Part shown: piece by piece, positions 61,002-64,000 of the stretch
How the letters are laid out: each line of letters begins with the position of its first letter
Position numbering within the stretch: the stretch's first letter is position 1
NCBI RefSeq assembly: GCF_006345805.1
Contig: NC_043002.1
Span: forward strand, 48,918,001-48,982,000
Reading direction: 5' to 3'
Length of the DNA: 64,000 nucleotides
Source: Octopus sinensis
Taxonomy: Eukaryota
Translations under genes and position numbers: made by a program
The notes under the pieces: model-generated
Told to the model about the DNA's origin: nothing
Seen by the model: the letters and a program-made list of their open reading frames with translations, nothing else
Database searches by the model: none

Positions 61002-63526
61002 ATTCAGTGTTGTTTTGATATATGGCCAGCCAAACTGATGCTCATTTGTCATTTAGAGTGAACTTCCAAGATCTGTCAACAAACATTTTCTCTGGCATTA
61101 GTTCATTTTAATTGTTAGCTCCAGAATAATGTTACCATATCCATTTGTAACACCTAATCTATCCTCTGATGATGATTGCCAACCACAAAATAAGGAAAGA
61201 ATTTCTACAAATTTTCTCATCCATTAGGATATTTGGCAATCGTTATAACCACTGAATGACTTAAAACTAAAAAGAAATACATTTTAATTATCACTACTGA
61301 ATCAGTTTTAGAGTAAAACACCCAGTTATAGAATTCTGGCTGTATATTTAATACAAATATACCATTTTGAATCCGCAATATTTCATAACAATTACAAGTA
61401 AAATTTTCCTCTTGCTAAGCCAGTAAAACTGACAGAAACAGCAAAGTGCAAGATCAAAATAATCTTTGATATTTAGTTTTATTTTGCAGATTCTGAATTC
61501 AAAATATTGCTATGATGCATTCATGTTCTTTTTGCATTGTATTCATTAAGATCAATGAAAGTAAATGTCAGAGCTATACTTCTCAGCACAAATGGATCAA
61601 TATGGGAGCCTCTATGTGGTTGTTTAACCTGCAATAAATAGCAGCTAAATTTTTTTCAAAATAACACTGATGTTTTAAACAGGTAACAAAGACTGATGTG
61701 ATATTAGATAGAATGTACCCTGAAGAAAAAGATGGGATGGTCACAGATGGAATGCTTTTGAAAATAAGATTGCTTGATCAGAGCTGAGAGAGGCTAAGCA
61801 ATTGCACTAACAACAACAACAACAACTGACCTAGTGCCTAGTCAGTTGCAATCAATAATTTGGTCACTTTGCTTTGGAGTAGTCAGAAAACAGAATATTA
61901 ATTACAATATTTCATTCTTTCCTCTAGTCTTGAGTTCAAATCCTATTGGGATGAAATTTATTTTCTGGTTGAGAAAATAAGTGCTAATAATGTAACTGTG
62001 TCAGTCTGAACAGCTTTATTTTACATAGAAATATTGTGATTAAAGAAAGAATCAAAAATTTAACCCTCATTGACAGGATTTTTATAATAATTCTAATTTG
62101 ACTTTTCCTATACTATAATTCTATGCTATACTAGTAAGTGGGAACTTGCTACAAGGTAAGAGAACAACAGGAGAAATCTTCATAGGAAGAACTCCTGTGA
62201 AGCAAGTGTTTCAGCCCTTTAGTTCCTGATATTCTAAGGGAGCTGGACCCATCGAGGTCATGCTACATAAGCGCCCTTCAGCTGTTTTTGAAATGCCACC
62301 TTTAGTAGAAATTCAACTCAGATTGATTTATTCTTCTCAACTGTGGTGTTTATTGCTCAACCACAATAAACCTTACCCTGTTGGGTTTCCTTTCTATTAT
62401 GTTTTGTCACTTGCAGTTTTCCTTTTCAGCTTCAGCCATGACTTCTATACTAAACTATCTATATTATAATAAGGATATACTCATCTGAATTTATCCCAAT
62501 ATATAATCAATGATTATTTTTTTATTGATGATTAGAAGAATGAAAAATAAGGATGACATAAGGATTTCAGTATCCATTCATCTAAAATAAAAATATGTTT
62601 TTTTCATCAATGTTTTATGATGCATAAAAGGAAATGACATTGCTAAATATTTTTACTGACAAACTTAAGACTTGATGAGGATGTTAGTGAAGTATTGTAA
62701 GCCTGGCTAATATGGTAAATGCAAAGAAGAGGAAGAAGAAGTAGGAGGAGGATAAAGAAGGGGGGGGAGTACACCGATAGTAGCCATAACAACATACCAT
62801 TAAAGAATATGATTGTCACAACATTAAATTGGATAACAGAATTTCCAGTCTCTTATTTAACTGTGCATGAACTATATGAAAGACTATTCCAATTAAACAT
62901 GCAGACATACACATATTTTATACATGTCTTAATGCTGCTAAATGAAATTCTATGTTTTGCAAAAAAAATTCTTTTATTTCTCAAAATTGTTCAGATTTTT
63001 GCAATTACCCAAAACTCATTCCTCCCACTTTCCCTCTCTCCATCCATCCTGCCAATTAGCCATATTTGTGTGTGTGTGTGTACATGTGAGCATATAATAT
63101 ATAGTAGTAGTGTATCATACTTAAAGTAGATACACCATTGAAAGCTTAATTTACTGCAGTAACTGTAGTAAGATAGTATCACTTATAGGCATACAGTGTT
63201 AAAAAACCCCAGAAATATATCAGTAAAAGAAGATCTTTCAGCAGTGGTGGTAGCATTACTAAATGTACATGTCTGCTCTTTTGGCTTTGTCAGTAGCAAG
63301 TATCCAGCAGCATGCTAAAACAAAATCTGCTATAACTGATGTTGCAATTAGCTGGCTGGCTGAATAAAAGTTTGTTATGTGTGACAAAAGCAATATTAGT
63401 TTAAAATAGCAATTTGCATATCATACTTAAAATAGATATATTTTGTGTGTGTGTGTGTGTGTGTGTTTATATATATTTGTGAAAGCTATTTTCAGCACCT
63501 CTCATATATATATATATATTATATAT

Positions 63527-63560
<34 letters not shown>

Positions 63561-63620
63561 AGGAATATATGTGTGTGTATACATATATATATATATATAT
63601 ATAGGGGTGGTTGTATGGAC

Positions 63621-63993
63621 AGGCATGGGTGTGTGGTAAGAAGCTTGCTTCCCAACCACATGGTTTTAGGTTCAATCCCATTGAACCTGCAACCAAAGTC
63701 CCACTGTGTGGCACCTTGGCCAAGTGTCTTCTACTATAGGCTCGGGCTGACCAAATTCTTGTGAGTGGATTTGGTAGATGGAAACGGAAAAGAAGCTTGT
63801 CATATATGTGTGTGTGTGTGCATGCATGTGTGTGTGTCTGTGTTTCTCACCCCAACTGATGTTGGAGTGTTTACGTCCCTATAACTTAACAACTCAGCAA
63901 AAAGTGAATGATAGAATAAGTACTGGTGTTGAATTGTTTGAGTAAATGTGGTGCTCCAGTATGTCTGCAGTCAAATGACTGAAACAAGTAAAG
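63621..63993 (+). mobile_element. SINE family A
   Basis: Head GGCATGGGTGTGTGGTAAGAAGC through tail GACTGAAACAAGTAAA. Confidence 0.85.
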
Positions 63994-64000
63994 GAATATA

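Noticed and set aside
1-64000. Most ORFs in the supplied track (poly-I, YI, HT, CV, MYVC, RE and similar)
   Set aside because: They are translations of microsatellites or SINE bodies with no domain content
1-64000. tRNA genes and CRISPR-like arrays
   Set aside because: tRNA-like A and B boxes occur only as SINE heads without a full cloverleaf; no constant repeat with unique equal-length spacers; the 18-bp array has no spacers

Overview
AT-rich, repeat-saturated eukaryotic DNA. The tRNA-derived SINE families, their internal (CA/TA/TACA)n tracts and the density of ATT/ATC/TA/GA microsatellites are those I associate with Octopus (coleoid cephalopod) genomes; this assignment is from memory, not a search. 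I find no intact protein-coding gene, rRNA, true tRNA or CRISPR array, and most of the supplied ORF track is microsatellite translation. The window looks intronic or intergenic. It holds about 30 copies of one SINE family (family A), 10-15 of a second (family B), RTE-type tails, and decayed R4/Dong-like and RTE LINEs, one RTE end carrying three C2H2 fingers. It also has a Penelope-like GIY-YIG fragment, a near full-length DD37D (maT) transposon, two Helitron-like non-autonomous elements and several MITEs. Four things stand out. (1) Three type I hammerhead ribozyme motifs have intact catalytic cores: 36787-36876 on the minus strand, and an outward-facing pair in the arms of a ~710 bp palindrome at 33319-34030. 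Decayed copies lie nearby. (2) Four local duplications of strikingly similar size (204-236 bp; two direct, two inverted) fall within 11 kb. (3) A degenerate 18-bp minisatellite reading as a Cys-x-Ile-Asn-Ser-Gly hexapeptide repeat is enclosed by one of the inverted pairs. (4) There is a weakly supported chain of minus-strand micro-exons near 19.1-19.5 kb. SINE and LINE boundaries are read by eye and approximate; duplication, hairpin and ribozyme coordinates were indexed base by base.
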